A stretch of DNA of 63,954 nt, filler included, from Aduncisulcus paluster (lineage: Eukaryota), in assembly GCA_024181965.1 (NCBI GenBank). It is 5 parts of 5 records of this genome, joined end to end, with 100 filler letters (N's around TTAATTAATTAA, not from the genome) between each part and the next. Parts side by side here need not be neighbours in the genome. Positions count along the whole stretch, not along the records: positions 31,323 to 48,977 come from BQXS01011284.1; 4 more parts are not named here. One strand, written 5' to 3'. A program made the position numbers and the translations under genes. Every line of letters begins with the position of its first letter. Position 1 is the first letter of the stretch. This document shows, piece after piece, positions 33,550 to 45,570 of the stretch. The notes under the pieces were generated by a model, which was not told where the DNA came from, did not search any database, and was given only the letters and a program-made list of their open reading frames with translations.

Positions 33550-33867
33550 AAAATACGGCTGGAATGTGATCAAAATGATCCGAATTTGGCCCAGAAAGAT
33601 ATTCCCAACATGATAATATATTATTCCGTTCAACATATTAAAGAGTAAATAAATAAACCATATGAATTTTCCAAGCACAATATTATTGTGAGTACCCAAT
33701 GATATTACATTTTGGAGTCTACCACATGAAATTCAACATTTTGAAAAAATATACGGGATCTATTGCCCATTATAGCTAAGTATTAATTCATTCTGGACTA
33801 ATTTACACTGTAATAAATGATATTTTGTCAAGATTACTATCCAATCGTCTTTTGGACGACGAGACTG

Positions 33868-36800
33868 ATGAATCTTGCGTTATCTGATTTTGGATTAGAT
33901 GACGTAGTACCAGAAAGCTCGAAAAAGAAGGAATTCACAGATGATGAACTCCATCTTTCTTCTGGAAAAAGAAGGGTAAATCCTGATGCAATTCCTATTG
34001 CTGAACAGACCAAAGAACACAAATCAAAGCATACTGACATATTTACTGATGATGTTGACATTATAGAAATCAAAAAATCATTACCTACAATTGTTGACGA
34101 GATTCCTCTGGCAAAGTGTTATCAAGCAGATGATCCAAGGAAAGCAATTGTCCACCAACTGGCATTTCCTCCTCGCCATCCACCTCCTGATACAGAAGAT
34201 CCCATATACAATCCTCCCATGCCTGAGAACCCAGTTCGTGAATATCCATTTAAATTAGATCCATTTCAGCGTCTTGCCACTTCATGCATTGCTCAGAATC
34301 AATCTGTCCTTGTTTCTGCCCATACTTCAGCCGGTAAGACTGTTGTTGCCGAATATGCTATTGCTGAAGCTCTTAAGGAAAAAGAAGGGTAAATCCTGAT
34401 GCAATTCCTATTGCTGAACAGACCAAAGAACACAAATCAAAGCATACTGACATATTTACTGATGATGTTGACATTATAGAAATCAAAAAATCATTACCTA
34501 CAATTGTTGACGAGATTCCTCTGGCAAAGTGTTATCAAGCAGATGATCCAAGGAAAGCAATTGTCCACCAACTGGCATTTCCTCCTCGCCATCCACCTCC
34601 TGATACAGAAGATCCCATATACAATCCTCCCATGCCTGAGAACCCAGTTCGTGAATATCCATTTAAATTAGATCCATTTCAGCGTCTTGCCACTTCATGC
34701 ATTGCTCAGAATCAATCTGTCCTTGTTTCTGCCCATACTTCAGCCGGTAAGACTGTTGTTGCCGAATATGCTATTGCTGAAGCTCTTAAGAAATCCCAGC
34801 GAGTGATCTATACTTCTCCAATTAAAGCTCTCTCAAATCAGAAATACCGTGATCTTTCCGCTGCTTTTCCTGGAAAAGTTGGTCTGATGACCGGAGATGA
34901 TGTGATCAATGAGGATTCTTCTTGTATTGTTATGACAACAGAAATCCTTCGTTCTATGCTCTATCGTGACGCTGAGGTCACCCGTGAAGTAGGATGGGTT
35001 ATATTTGATGAGGTACATTATTTGGCTGATAAAAGTCGTGGTTTCGTATGGGAAGAAACTATTATTGCTCTACGTGACCGTGTTCGATTTGTTTTCCTCT
35101 CCGCCACAATCCCCAATGCAAGTGAGTTTGCTGGTTGGGTTTCTTGTGTCCACCATCTTCCTGTTCATGTTGTGTACACTGAATTCCGTCCTGTTCCGCT
35201 CGAGCATTATATTATCCCTGAAGGATCTTCATTTGCTTACCTTTGTGTGGACGACAAGAGTCAATTCAGATCAGACTCCTTCAACAAAGCAATCCAGGAA
35301 GTTACCAAGATGCACGGAGGAGGCAGGAAACGGAGGAAAGGTGGGTTACCTTGTTCCCCGGATGCACTTCGGAAACTGTTGAAACTTCTCAAAGCCAAAT
35401 CCTTCCTTCCTGTGATTTGTTTTGCCTTTGGAAAGAAATCTGTCGAACAACTCGCTGTCCAAATCAAGGATATGACATTAACATCCACATCCGAACAGAA
35501 AACCATCCGTTCCATCTTTGACGCCGCAGTCCAGCAGCTCCCCAAGGATGATCGGTCTCTCCCATTTGTCCAGGACGTTGGATCCATGCTTGTACGTGGT
35601 GTCGGAATCCACCACAGTGGTTTGTTGCCAACAATGAAAGAAATAGTTGAGATTATGTTCCAACAAGGCCTTGTCAAGATCCTATTCGCCACTGAAACGT
35701 TTGCTATGGGTTTAAATCTTCCCGCAAGGACTGTTATATTCTCTCAAATGTCCAAATTCGATGGAGAGACGACTAGATTGCTATTGCCCGGAGAGTACAT
35801 CCAAATGGCTGGTCGTGCAGGTCGAAGGGGCCAAGATGAGAAAGGAACAGTGATGGTTTTGCTGTCCGAATCGTTAGACTCTGATGATTTGAAAGGAATG
35901 GTGAAAGGGTCTTCCCATCCCCTGGAATCGTCTTTTAAACTAAGTTGGACCATGGTTCTTACCTTAAAACGAAGAGAGGATGGCTCTCCAGCTGAAGTTA
36001 TCAATAATTCTTTCGCTGTATATCACCAGCGCCATTCATTACCGCAGCTTGTAGGATCTCTGGGAGAAGCCAAAGAAGCCCTTGCTCAATCTGAGAAATC
36101 CATGACTGTTGCTGATATTCAAGATTTAGAGACCTGGCTGAAAGTATGTGAGAGTGAAAGACATCGCTCTGAAATGATCAGACACTTTGTGACATCACCT
36201 GCAAGGAGCAAGAGATTTATTCGCATCGGACGTGTTGTCCAATTTGTAGGACGAATCGGTCATGTGCCAAATGAGGAGACCCGTGTTCACAACAAAGAAC
36301 AAAGAGAGAAGTCAATGCGAATTCAAAAGGGTCTAAATAAGGGACAATCTCCACAAGACAAAGGAAGCAAAAGTGATATTACATCCATGAAGGATTCTGA
36401 AATCGATATTTTCCAAGAGGAAATGTTCACCGCTATTATTGTCAGCAAAAGGGACAATTCCAATCGCCGTGGTACTAAAAAGCGTGCCAAAGCCTCGGAT
36501 ATTGAGTTGATGTTGTATGTACCAGAGCTAGACGAAGAGATGGTACTGTTACAAGAGATGGACACTCTCCATTCCAAGACTGCTGTGACTGTGGGAGCAG
36601 GCAGCAAGAAGATGAAGAAAAAGGGATCTAAATCTGCTATTGAGAATGTCCGCATCGCCCTCGATGCTTGTCGGACAGTCCCTGGTACCAATGGAATAGT
36701 GAACACAACTCTCCATGCCGTCAGTTCATTCAGTCCTGTTTTTGTGGACGTTCCTGGCACCCACCCTGAGAGTTTGGCAGCTAGGAAGAAGCTGTATGCA

Positions 36801-37688
36801 CACATGGAGGCAGCCAAACAGAAACTTAGTGGCGATTTCCATTGGATTGACCCTGCCAAGGATATGGGTCTCTCAGATAATGAAGAATATATGACCCATG
36901 TTCGGAAATTGAAGCTCCTGGAAGAATCCAGAGAGGAATGCAAGTTTTCTTCTCGTTCTAGCACCGATCAACGTCACCGCCTTAGTTTGTACCAAACAAT
37001 TGCTGAAGCTCGGCAGAAGCTTGATGATGTTCAGACTCAAGTCCACCATGGAACAGCTTCGACCTTTCTTGAGGAATTGAGTGGAATGTGGAGCATTGCA
37101 AGACGTCTGGGATATGTTCGACATGGCACAGATGGAGTTCTTAGCGAAAAGGGACGATTCGCATGTCTTGTGTCGGCTGCTGACGAGATTTTACTCACTG
37201 AGGCTTCATTTGATAAGACATTTGCTGAACTTGACGGCCCCAGTCTTGCTGCTGTGTTATCATGTCTTGTGGATGAGAGACAAGTCAATAATGATCCTGA
37301 ACTCGATTCGGAGGATGCGATGAGTGCCATAGAAGCTCTCAAGGAGAAAGCCGAGCAGTTGGCTGTTCTGTCCGAGGAACAGGGGTTGGATGACCGTGCC
37401 GATGTGTATCGTAAGACGGTATGTCCACGTGCTTCAAAGATTGTCAAGAGATGGTGCGAGGGAGCCAATTTCGAGGAAATCATGGAATTGGCTGAGGAGT
37501 ATGGCATATTTGAAGGAGAGGTTGTTCGTCTCGGAAGACGTCTGAACGAGTTACTTCGACAGCTCTGTGATGCCTCCGTGAGTGTTGGAGCAACGGATAT
37601 GGGAGAAGTCTTTAAGAAAGCCATGGAAAGTGTCAAACGAGGAATCATGTTTACCGAATCATTATATCACCTTGTTGAGGATGAGTAA
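33868..37688 (+). CDS. MTR4: Exosome/TRAMP RNA helicase Mtr4 (MTREX); 5' end disrupted by an exact 412-bp duplication
   Basis: [71 protein letters not shown], arch insertion and DSHCT end ([10 protein letters not shown]). Collapsing 33965-34376/34377-34788 joins ORFs 33817..34392 and 34632..37688. Confidence 0.93.
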
Positions 37689-37709
37689 TAACCATGATTA
37701 AGGCATAAT

Positions 37710-39340
37710 CAAGGTCGAATCAAGGCCGAATCATAATCAAATTATTTTAAAATCAGACAGTTTATTAGATGGGTCCCGAAAGCAAGGGATAGAAATTAGG
37801 TATTATCCAAATATGAATGATCTACGTTCTATTTTTAGAAAGTACGTTGAGAATGTAGAAGATACAAGTCAGATAACTAAGATTAAAGGAAATAACGAGA
37901 GAATTTGAGATGAACATTCATGTGAATATCGCATCAATAAAAATTATAAAAAAAAGAAGAACGGAGAGTCAGGTTCAACAAGCTTCATGAAATTTCGATA
38001 GAAAATATATAAGCAGGATTAAAGAGAGAGATTAGATAAGAGTAACAAGAGGGGATCAGAATTAGCGAAATTCTGATCACTGACATAAAATTAATTTAAA
38101 AGAAAAATAACACTTGAAATGTGATGAGAAAAAACCAATATGAATGATCTACGTTCTATTTTTAGAAAGTACGTTGAGAATGTAGAAGATACAAGTCAGA
38201 TAACTAAGATTAAAGGAAATAACGAGAGAATTTGAGATGAACATTCATGTGAATATCGCATCAATAAAAATTATAAAAAAAAGAAGAACGGAGAGTCAGG
38301 TTCAACAAGCTTCATGAAATTTCGATAGAAAATATATAAGCAGGATTAAAGAGAGAGATTAGATAAGAGTAACAAGAGGGGATCAGAATTAGCGAAATTC
38401 TGATCTTTTTAGAAAGTACGTTGAGAATGTAGAAGATACAAGTCAGATAACTAAGATTAAAGGAAATAACGAGAGAATTTGAGATGAACATTCATGTGAA
38501 TATCGCATCAATAAAAATTATAAAAAAAAGAAGAACGGAGAGTCAGGTTCAACAAGCTTCATGAAATTTCGATAGAAAATATATAAGCAGGATTAAAGAG
38601 AGAGATTAGATAAGAGTAAGGTCGAATCAAGGCCGAATCATAATCAAATTATTTTAAAATCAGACAGTTTATTAGATGGGTCCCGAAAGCAAGGGATAGA
38701 AATTAGGTATTATCCAAATATGAATGATCTACGTTCTATTTTTAGAAAGTACGTTGAGAATGTAGAAGATACAAGTCAGATAACTAAGATTAAAGGAAAT
38801 AACGAGAGAATTTGAGATGAACATTCATGTGAATATCGCATCAATAAAAATTATAAAAAAAAGAAGAACGGAGAGTCAGGTTCAACAAGCTTCATGAAAT
38901 TTCGATAGAAAATATATAAGCAGGATTAAAGAGAGAGATTAGATAAGAGTAACAAGAGGGGATCAGAATTAGCGAAATTCTGATCACTGACATAGAAATT
39001 AGGTATTATCCAAATATGAATGATCTACGTTCTATTTTTAGAAAGTACGTTGAGAATGTAGAAGATACAAGTCAGATAACTAAGATTAAAGGAAATAACG
39101 AGAGAATTTGAGATGAACATTCATGTGAATATCGCATCAATAAAAATTATAAAAAAAAGAAGAACGGAGAGTCAGGTTCAACAAGCTTCATGAAATTTCG
39201 ATAGAAAATATATAAGCAGGATTAAAGAGAGAGATTAGATAAGAGTAACAAGAGGGGATCAGAATTAGCGAAATTCTGATCACTGACATAAAATTAATTT
39301 AAAAGAAAAATAACACTTGAAATGTGATGAGAAAAAACCA
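37710..39340. repeat. Five staggered, apparently identical copies of a ~210-380-bp non-coding block between MTR4 and the RRM gene
   Basis: Core TTTTTAGAAAGTACG...GATAAGAGTAA recurs near 37832, 38159, 38406, 38738 and 39034 with different start and end points. Confidence 0.9.
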
Positions 39341-39426
39341 AAATATTGCTTTTTGAATAAAGACAACATTGCTACAATCATAAAAAACGAGATTCGGAAA
39401 CAAATATATATCAACAAAAAAAGATA

Positions 39427-40225
39427 TCATCTCACCTTCCACGCCAATTCATCAAACCTCACAGGAATGTCAAACAACTCAGCCTCAGAGGTCCTAGAAG
39501 AGGGAGGAAGGAAATACTCCTGAGAAAATTGGTAACTTTCCCTCTCAAGGAGGGTTGGAGGAGACACAGAAGTATATTCATGCGATAAATCAAAGCTAGA
39601 CGACGCAGGAAAACGTGGATCATGCTCAGAAGCTCCATATTGTGGCATTGGATAAGACATGAAACGAGATTCATATGAAGGATACTCCATGAACTCAATC
39701 TGTCTCATAATAGCAGCCTGTTCGTGATAACGCAGATATTTCAGACTGGATAAGATTGCTTGAAGGAGAGATGACGTTGGAACATCGCGGTGAGAAGAAC
39801 GAACAGGATGAGAAGCGGAAGACAAAATAATTTGTGAATCTGTCTCGCTCACAATCTCAAACTTTTCCAAAGGCTTATGAATCTTCATAACATGTTTCTG
39901 ATGGTCGATCACTTTCTTCTTCCTACTATCTTGGAGAGATTGCTTTGCCCAATCACAACCAAGAGTATTACCTTTAAAAGAATAATTATTCAACGTTTCA
40001 ATCGCACCCTTTTCTTCAGCTTTTGAGTGCATATCGATAAAAGCAAATCGTTGTCCATCAGAAAAAGAGAGGCGAGTCACCTAGAATAGATAATGAGTAC
40101 AAAAAAACAAATCCAAAATTAACATGTAGAAGTTAGAAACATACATTCCCACGAACAAGAGACAGTATAAGTGTACTTAATTCTTGTTTTGTTGTATGAG
40201 AAATGTTAAACAAGAAAATGGTCAT
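39427..40225 (-). CDS. Single-RRM RNA-binding protein, two exons; paralog of 20182-21045
   Basis: Exon 1 40225-40145 MTIFLFNISHTTKQELSTLILSLVRGN; exon 2 40080-39427 VTRLSFSDGQRFAFIDM...AIETLNNYSFKGNTLGCDWAK. Confidence 0.87.
40081..40144 (-). other. Spliceosomal intron in RRM gene (64 nt, phase 0)
   Basis: GTATGT...TTCTAG; splicing supplies the RNP2 motif and an MTIFL start matching the paralog. Confidence 0.88.
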
Positions 40226-40606
40226 TGTGGTTTAAAAAAGAATAAATAGGTTACAAAACCAAATACAAAAGACTTATTATTGTCAAAACTGACTTTTGAT
40301 CATGATCAAAAAACGCAATTTTTTTGAAATGAACAGATGGATAATTCAAATAAAAAACAAGCAAATTTTATTTTATACCATTTAATAATTGCTAATCCTT
40401 TTCGAAACATTCATGGAATCGTGTATTTATCTCCAAGTCGAGCAGTCTCATCGATTATTTTTTTTGCTTCTTCTGATTTTAAATTTCCTCTTCAAATACA
40501 AAGACAATCGATTATTAAAATCATTTTCCAAAATCTATGAAGTTATTCAGGAAAGAAAACATAGAAATAAAATATGTAGCACTGAAATTAACAATTTCGA
40601 AAATAT

Positions 40607-41092
40607 TTATTCAATGGGGGGGATTTTGATTGTAGCTCCTTCTAATTCAGAGGAAACAGACATAGCACATGCCAAACGAGATGTTTCGGTTGGTTCATCA
40701 ACAAATTCGAGAGTATCGGCTTCATCCTCACTCGGAGCAGAGACCTTTTCGTAATGTTCCTTATCAAGAATACAATGACATGTTCCACAAGCAACATTAC
40801 CACCACATGCAGTAACAAGTGGAATCCCAGCAGCTTGAATAGCAGCACTCAGAGAATCACCATCGTTTGCGGTAACTGTGTGCTTCCCACCATCAGCATC
40901 AATAACATTAAAAGTTCTAATAAACAAGATCAGAACCCATAAAAACAACATTCAATAATTATAAATATTTGAATGATAATGTCGAAAATACCAAAAATGA
41001 TATCCCCTTAATATACACAAAAAAAGAGTGATAACTTACGAAAACAACCTAAAACCAATTGTATCAATAAGAGATTTGGAAACAGCGAGCAT
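40607..41092 (-). CDS. FDX: Adrenodoxin-type [2Fe-2S] ferredoxin with MRO/hydrogenosomal presequence, two exons
   Basis: Exon 1 41092-41040 MLAVSKSLIDTIGFRLF(S); exon 2 40916-40607 with ACGGNVACGTCHC...SRLAC (C-x5-C-x2-C...C). Confidence 0.93.
40917..41039 (-). other. Spliceosomal intron in ferredoxin (123 nt, phase 2)
   Basis: GTAAGT...TATTAG; joins TC|A (Ser) giving RLFSTFNV in frame. Confidence 0.88.
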
Positions 41093-41096
41093 AGTA

Positions 41097-41922
41097 TCAG
41101 ACAAATACGGGAAATGTTCCAAAAAAAAAAGGAAAACATTGGACCAGCTCTTCCACTTCTTTAGGGGTCCCTTTATATTTTTTTCTCATCTCTAACCCAC
41201 GCAAACAGTCCCAGGCAGCCAAAAATGTGTACTGACTGTAAAATCCAGCTGGAACTCTATCTTTGTACGTACAATATAGTTTAAGAAACCGTGTTATTAC
41301 TGCAACATGGCGTGAAACTTCGACAGCTCTATGTCGGATTCTTTTGACGATCTTTGGAGGAAATATTTTCGATGTACTAAACTTATGTGTCAGGGAAGTT
41401 CTGAATAATCTTCTTAAATTAGTGGTGTCAAAAATAAGGCCGGCGATAGAGTATACCAAACCATTCTTCTCATACCACGTCCCTTTCCCTTCAATCTCAC
41501 ACGATATAACATTTGGTAAATCAATAGGAAGGAAGTGCCATTCATACCAATGTTTAGGTCTTGTGAATTCATACTTCTTAAATGTCTTCTTGCCATCGCA
41601 ATCAGTAAAAAAGAAGAGAAGAGTGGGTGAACTCCAATTCCTATGGACACATATATAAGCACCTTTCATCGTACTAGGTGATGAAAAAGGTATGTAAAGA
41701 TCGGAAAACACGACAAATTCCCCCCCTTTCAACATTCTTTGGGCATTTGAACTCTGATCATATAACTCAGATTCCTTAGTAAACCTTGCACTGTTACACT
41801 TAACAATTGGGATTGAAAGATCTACAAGCTTTGGATCATCACGTGGAATGGGACTAGAATAACTACCTCCTTCCTTTACAAACACCGAGTTCACAATTGG
41901 AGCTTCAGACCATAGTTTCTCA
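41097..41922 (-). pseudogene. 5'-truncated single-repeat copy of the expanded two-repeat family, fused to an unrelated ~105-aa tail
   Basis: Begins at the inter-repeat linker EKLWSEAPIV with an in-frame TAA six codons upstream and no ATG until MLKGG; highly similar to the second repeat of 58374-59456. Confidence 0.55.
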
Positions 41923-42044
41923 GCAAAAGTCAGATTTTATCTTCATCACAAGCAAAATTATAAAAAATATAAAATCATGAAAATAACAGTGAGATAGGAT
42001 ATAATTTATTCATAATAGGTTCGAGCATGATGAGCAAAGATAAA

Positions 42045-43232
42045 TCATTTCAAAAAGATTGTAACGACATCTTCATCGTGCAAAACATGATCCTTTCCAA
42101 CACGTTGCCCAGGGAATTTAACACTAGTTCCCCATACTTTTGCGTATGAAAACAATCTAACCATATCTTTATGAATTCTCTGACAAAATGCTTCAACGGT
42201 GGGAGCTCCCATCTTACCAGTCAAAATAACTGGATCATCGAAATCGGCCTTCTGTTTCCTTCTCTTAGAATATACTCTGGTAATCTTAAGGTTGTCAAAT
42301 ATACAATCTTTTAATTCATCCAGGTTCCACTCGTGGTGAGCACAAACTGGGATCCATTGTGGTAACATATCAAATAAATCAAGCTCTTCAATGGTAATCT
42401 GATCAATCTTGTTACATATATAAACAGCTGGCAAATAAACACGGTTACCCTCGACAGCATCAATCAATTCATCGACTGTGGAATCTTCTCTAACAAGAAC
42501 ATCACAATTGGGGATCTTAAGCTCGCTCATAACAGCCTGGACGCTCTCCTTATTTAGGTGAGTGCATTCACACGTGCTTGTAAAATTAACACCTCCGCTC
42601 TTCTTCCTTTTAACAGTAATATCAGGAGGGGTACGGTTAACACGGATTCCAAATTTATGAAGTTCCTTTTCAATCTTATTCTTAAGAGTCATAGGTTTGG
42701 CAGAATCCAAAACAATACACAACAGATCACATGTACGAGCAGTACCAATAACCTGACGACCACGACCCTTATTATCGGCAGCACCTTCAATAATTCCGGG
42801 CAAATCCAAAAGCTGAATACGTGTAGAATTGTGGATAAAAGTTCCAGGAATACAAGTCAAGGTGGTAAATTCATATGCAGCAACTTCACTCTTGGAAGTT
42901 GTTAATTTAGTGAGAAGAGTTGATTTTCCAACTGAAGGGAACCCAATCATCCCGACTCGAGCATTTCCTGATCGAGAAACATCGAATCCAGATCCCTTAC
43001 CAGTGGAGGCAGAGGCAGAAGTAACCAATTCTTCCTTTAATTTGGAAAGTTTAGCACGTAATCTACAAAGATGAGATTCTGTAGCTTTGTTTTTTTGAGT
43101 CTAAATGAGATAAGTATGAAAATATATGCACAATCAGGAAATGTTACGATAAAGAACAAAAATAAATTATCTGACACATACACGAGCTATTTCTTCCTCT
43201 ATTTCTTTTATCTTGGCCTCTACACTACTCAT
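42045..43232 (-). CDS. DRG1: Developmentally regulated GTP-binding protein DRG1/Rbg1, two exons
   Basis: Exon 1 43232-43182 MSSVEAKIKEIEEEIAR; exon 2 from 43100 TQKNKATESHL...; GFPSVGKS, YEFTTL, DLPGIIEGA, NKIDQITIEEL, AHHEWN, TGS domain. Confidence 0.95.
43101..43181 (-). other. Spliceosomal intron in DRG1 (81 nt, phase 0)
   Basis: GTATGT...TTTAG; restores the invariant AR|TQKNKAT. Confidence 0.93.
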
Positions 43233-43493
43233 TGCTTTCCTAGCTGCAAGAAAACCATGATTGTTGAATGCTAAAAATAGAAATTCAAATCATCACGCTA
43301 TCTTTACCATAAAATATCTTGCTACTCCAAAATATCGACAAAAATAAAAAATAAACAACCAATTCATTGAATATAAAGAAAAATTCATTTATTCATAAGT
43401 GGATCCATGCGGAGAGACTTTTACAATTTGCCGAAGAATTATATGTAATATGCCCAATGTTGACAAACAAAAAAGGATTAATGATGCAATAAT

Positions 43494-45245
43494 TTATAAA
43501 TTGGATTCAATCTTTAACAAAAGTGCAGCCAAATAAGCACTGTAAGAACTTTTGTCTTCGAGATATTTCTTAATAAAAGATGGATATTTTCTCACAATTT
43601 CTGAGTCCATAAGATCAAATTTGCCAGTTATTGCATCCATTATCTTGAACCTCACCTGATAATCAGACTCATCAAACGATCTTGATAATTCAGAAGCTCG
43701 ATGTTTTGCAATCACAATACCCTTGTTCTCACTATCTATTCTTAGTTGCCATCCTGTCAGCCATGTGACACAGCTCCTATATTCTTCAATTACCTCGGAC
43801 ATTTTCTTCTTATAATCCCTGAGGAATGTTTCAGATGTCTGAAGTTGGTCACTTTGCTTACGAACCTTTCGATTGAGATAACGCATCTTCTTGCTCAAGT
43901 CATCAATAATCAAGCGTGTGGCTTCTTGTTGCTCGGGAGTGGACTGTGGTAGAGTAGTAGAAACGACTGCCAAGGGTGTCCGCTTCACAATCGCAGGAGT
44001 CAAGGCTTGAATGGCTCTCGATTGATACATTTCTACCTGTTTTTTAAGCTCTTGGTTCTCTTTTCTCAGAGTATCAAGCTCTTGTGTAATGTTCTGCCTA
44101 GCTTCTGCAGTAGGATTCATCACTACATGAAGAACTTTCCTCTGAGCTTGTTGTTCTTGCAGAGATCTACGTTTGCCAAGGACACCAATAGAACCGCTTG
44201 TTCTTGAAGAACTGGACACAGCCACCGTACGATCAGCTTCTTCCTCTTCCTCGACTGCTTTCTCTTCTTTTCTCCTTCTATCCTCTTCCTCTTGCTTTGT
44301 TCTCATTTCACGAATTCTGTCCATCTCCTTTTTAGCCTCTGAACGCATCTCACGGACCTCAATAAGTTTCTGTTCAGCTTGGGAACGAAGATCCTCAAGC
44401 TCTTCCCTTTCTTTGTCGAGTTCCTTGTGTTTGGTTGTCAAAATATCCTTGTGGTCTCTCAATTTTCTCAATTCCATCGTTAATTCTTGTTCTTTAGCCT
44501 TCAAAGCATCCTTCATTTTGATAATAGATGATTGCGATGCCAAGGATTCTTTTTTTTCTTCTTCTTCCAATTGTTTCACCCGGCGTCTTCCAAGAGCTTT
44601 GGCGGAATCAAGCTCAGAACTCAAATCAGTAATATGTTTTTCCAGATAAGTCTTTTCCTCTTGTAAGGTTTGTATTTCATCCCGCAAACAATCATTTTTC
44701 AAATCTTTTTCTTCATTTTTCCGTTTTAATTCATCAATTTGGATTTCAAATCGTTTTTGAGAATCAGAATACTCAGTAATTTCTTGTTGTTGGAAGGTAA
44801 TGTCTTCTTCAAGCATCTTCTTGTTATCTTCCAACTCTATAATTTGTTTTCGATATTCTTCAACCTGTTTTGTGGCTTCATTGGCGGTTTTGAGTTGAAC
44901 TTTAAGAGAAGATACACTCTCCTCTAAAATCTCATTACTATGTTGTATACTTTCAAGTCTCGCCTTAAATTCACCAAGAGTAGACTGCAATTTGCTAATC
45001 TCATTGTTTTTTTCGTCAATAATTCTTTGAAGTTTCGATTTTTCAATTTCTCTCTTATTATGTATTTCTGCAAGTTCCTGATCAATAAATGAAAAATCTG
45101 TTGTTAATCCGCCCACTTCCTTTTGTTCAGTTGCCACACTACTTCGTGACAAGGGAAGGGGACAGGGATCTATTGGATCAGTTTCAAATGCTGAAGCAAT
45201 TTGTTCCTGAAGATTTGAAAAGAATGCTGTGCTGCTCGTTTTCAT
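43494..45245 (-). CDS. MAD1: Spindle assembly checkpoint protein Mad1
   Basis: Long coiled coil, Mad2-interaction motif RKVLHVVMNP followed by LRKENQEL, and RWD-like C-terminus EYRSCVTWLTGWQL...SYSAYLAALLLKI. Confidence 0.82.
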   Translation of the reverse strand: MKTSSTAFFSNLQEQIASAFETDPIDPCPLPLSRSSVATEQKEVGGLTTDFSFIDQELAEIHNKREIEKSKLQRIIDEKNNEISKLQSTLGEFKARLESIQHSNEILEESVSSLKVQLKTANEATKQVEEYRKQIIELEDNKKMLEEDITFQQQEITEYSDSQKRFEIQIDELKRKNEEKDLKNDCLRDEIQTLQEEKTYLEKHITDLSSELDSAKALGRRRVKQLEEEEKKESLASQSSIIKMKDALKAKEQELTMELRKLRDHKDILTTKHKELDKEREELEDLRSQAEQKLIEVREMRSEAKKEMDRIREMRTKQEEEDRRRKEEKAVEEEEEADRTVAVSSSSRTSGSIGVLGKRRSLQEQQAQRKVLHVVMNPTAEARQNITQELDTLRKENQELKKQVEMYQSRAIQALTPAIVKRTPLAVVSTTLPQSTPEQQEATRLIIDDLSKKMRYLNRKVRKQSDQLQTSETFLRDYKKKMSEVIEEYRSCVTWLTGWQLRIDSENKGIVIAKHRASELSRSFDESDYQVRFKIMDAITGKFDLMDSEIVRKYPSFIKKYLEDKSSYSAYLAALLLKIESNL

Positions 45246-45570
45246 TTTTAATACAAAAAAGAGTAATGTCTAATCTGATAGTGCACAGAAATAGTGTAAA
45301 TTTTTTTTTGTTCATTGAATGAGCATAACAAATGAGGAAAGTTGCATAATTTTCATAATAATCAACATTTTATTGCATTTGCCCTTAATAAATTTGACTG
45401 ACTATGCTTAATACACGAATTAAGTTTTCACGCGTAAAAGGAATAATTATCAGATATATGATATATTATCGAACAAAATTGAATACATTATCCATTTCTC
45501 CTTAAAAAATATTATTATTTAATAACATCCTTTGATTTTAGAATTTTGTTTTCCATTTTTCTTCGGTAAT

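Noticed and set aside
33817-34392. Separate short helicase gene or programmed frameshift before MTR4
   Set aside because: Explained by an exact 412-bp duplication; collapsing it restores a single frame.
37710-39340. CRISPR array or satellite
   Set aside because: No repeat-spacer alternation, units exceed 200 bp with staggered ends, eukaryotic context, no cas genes.
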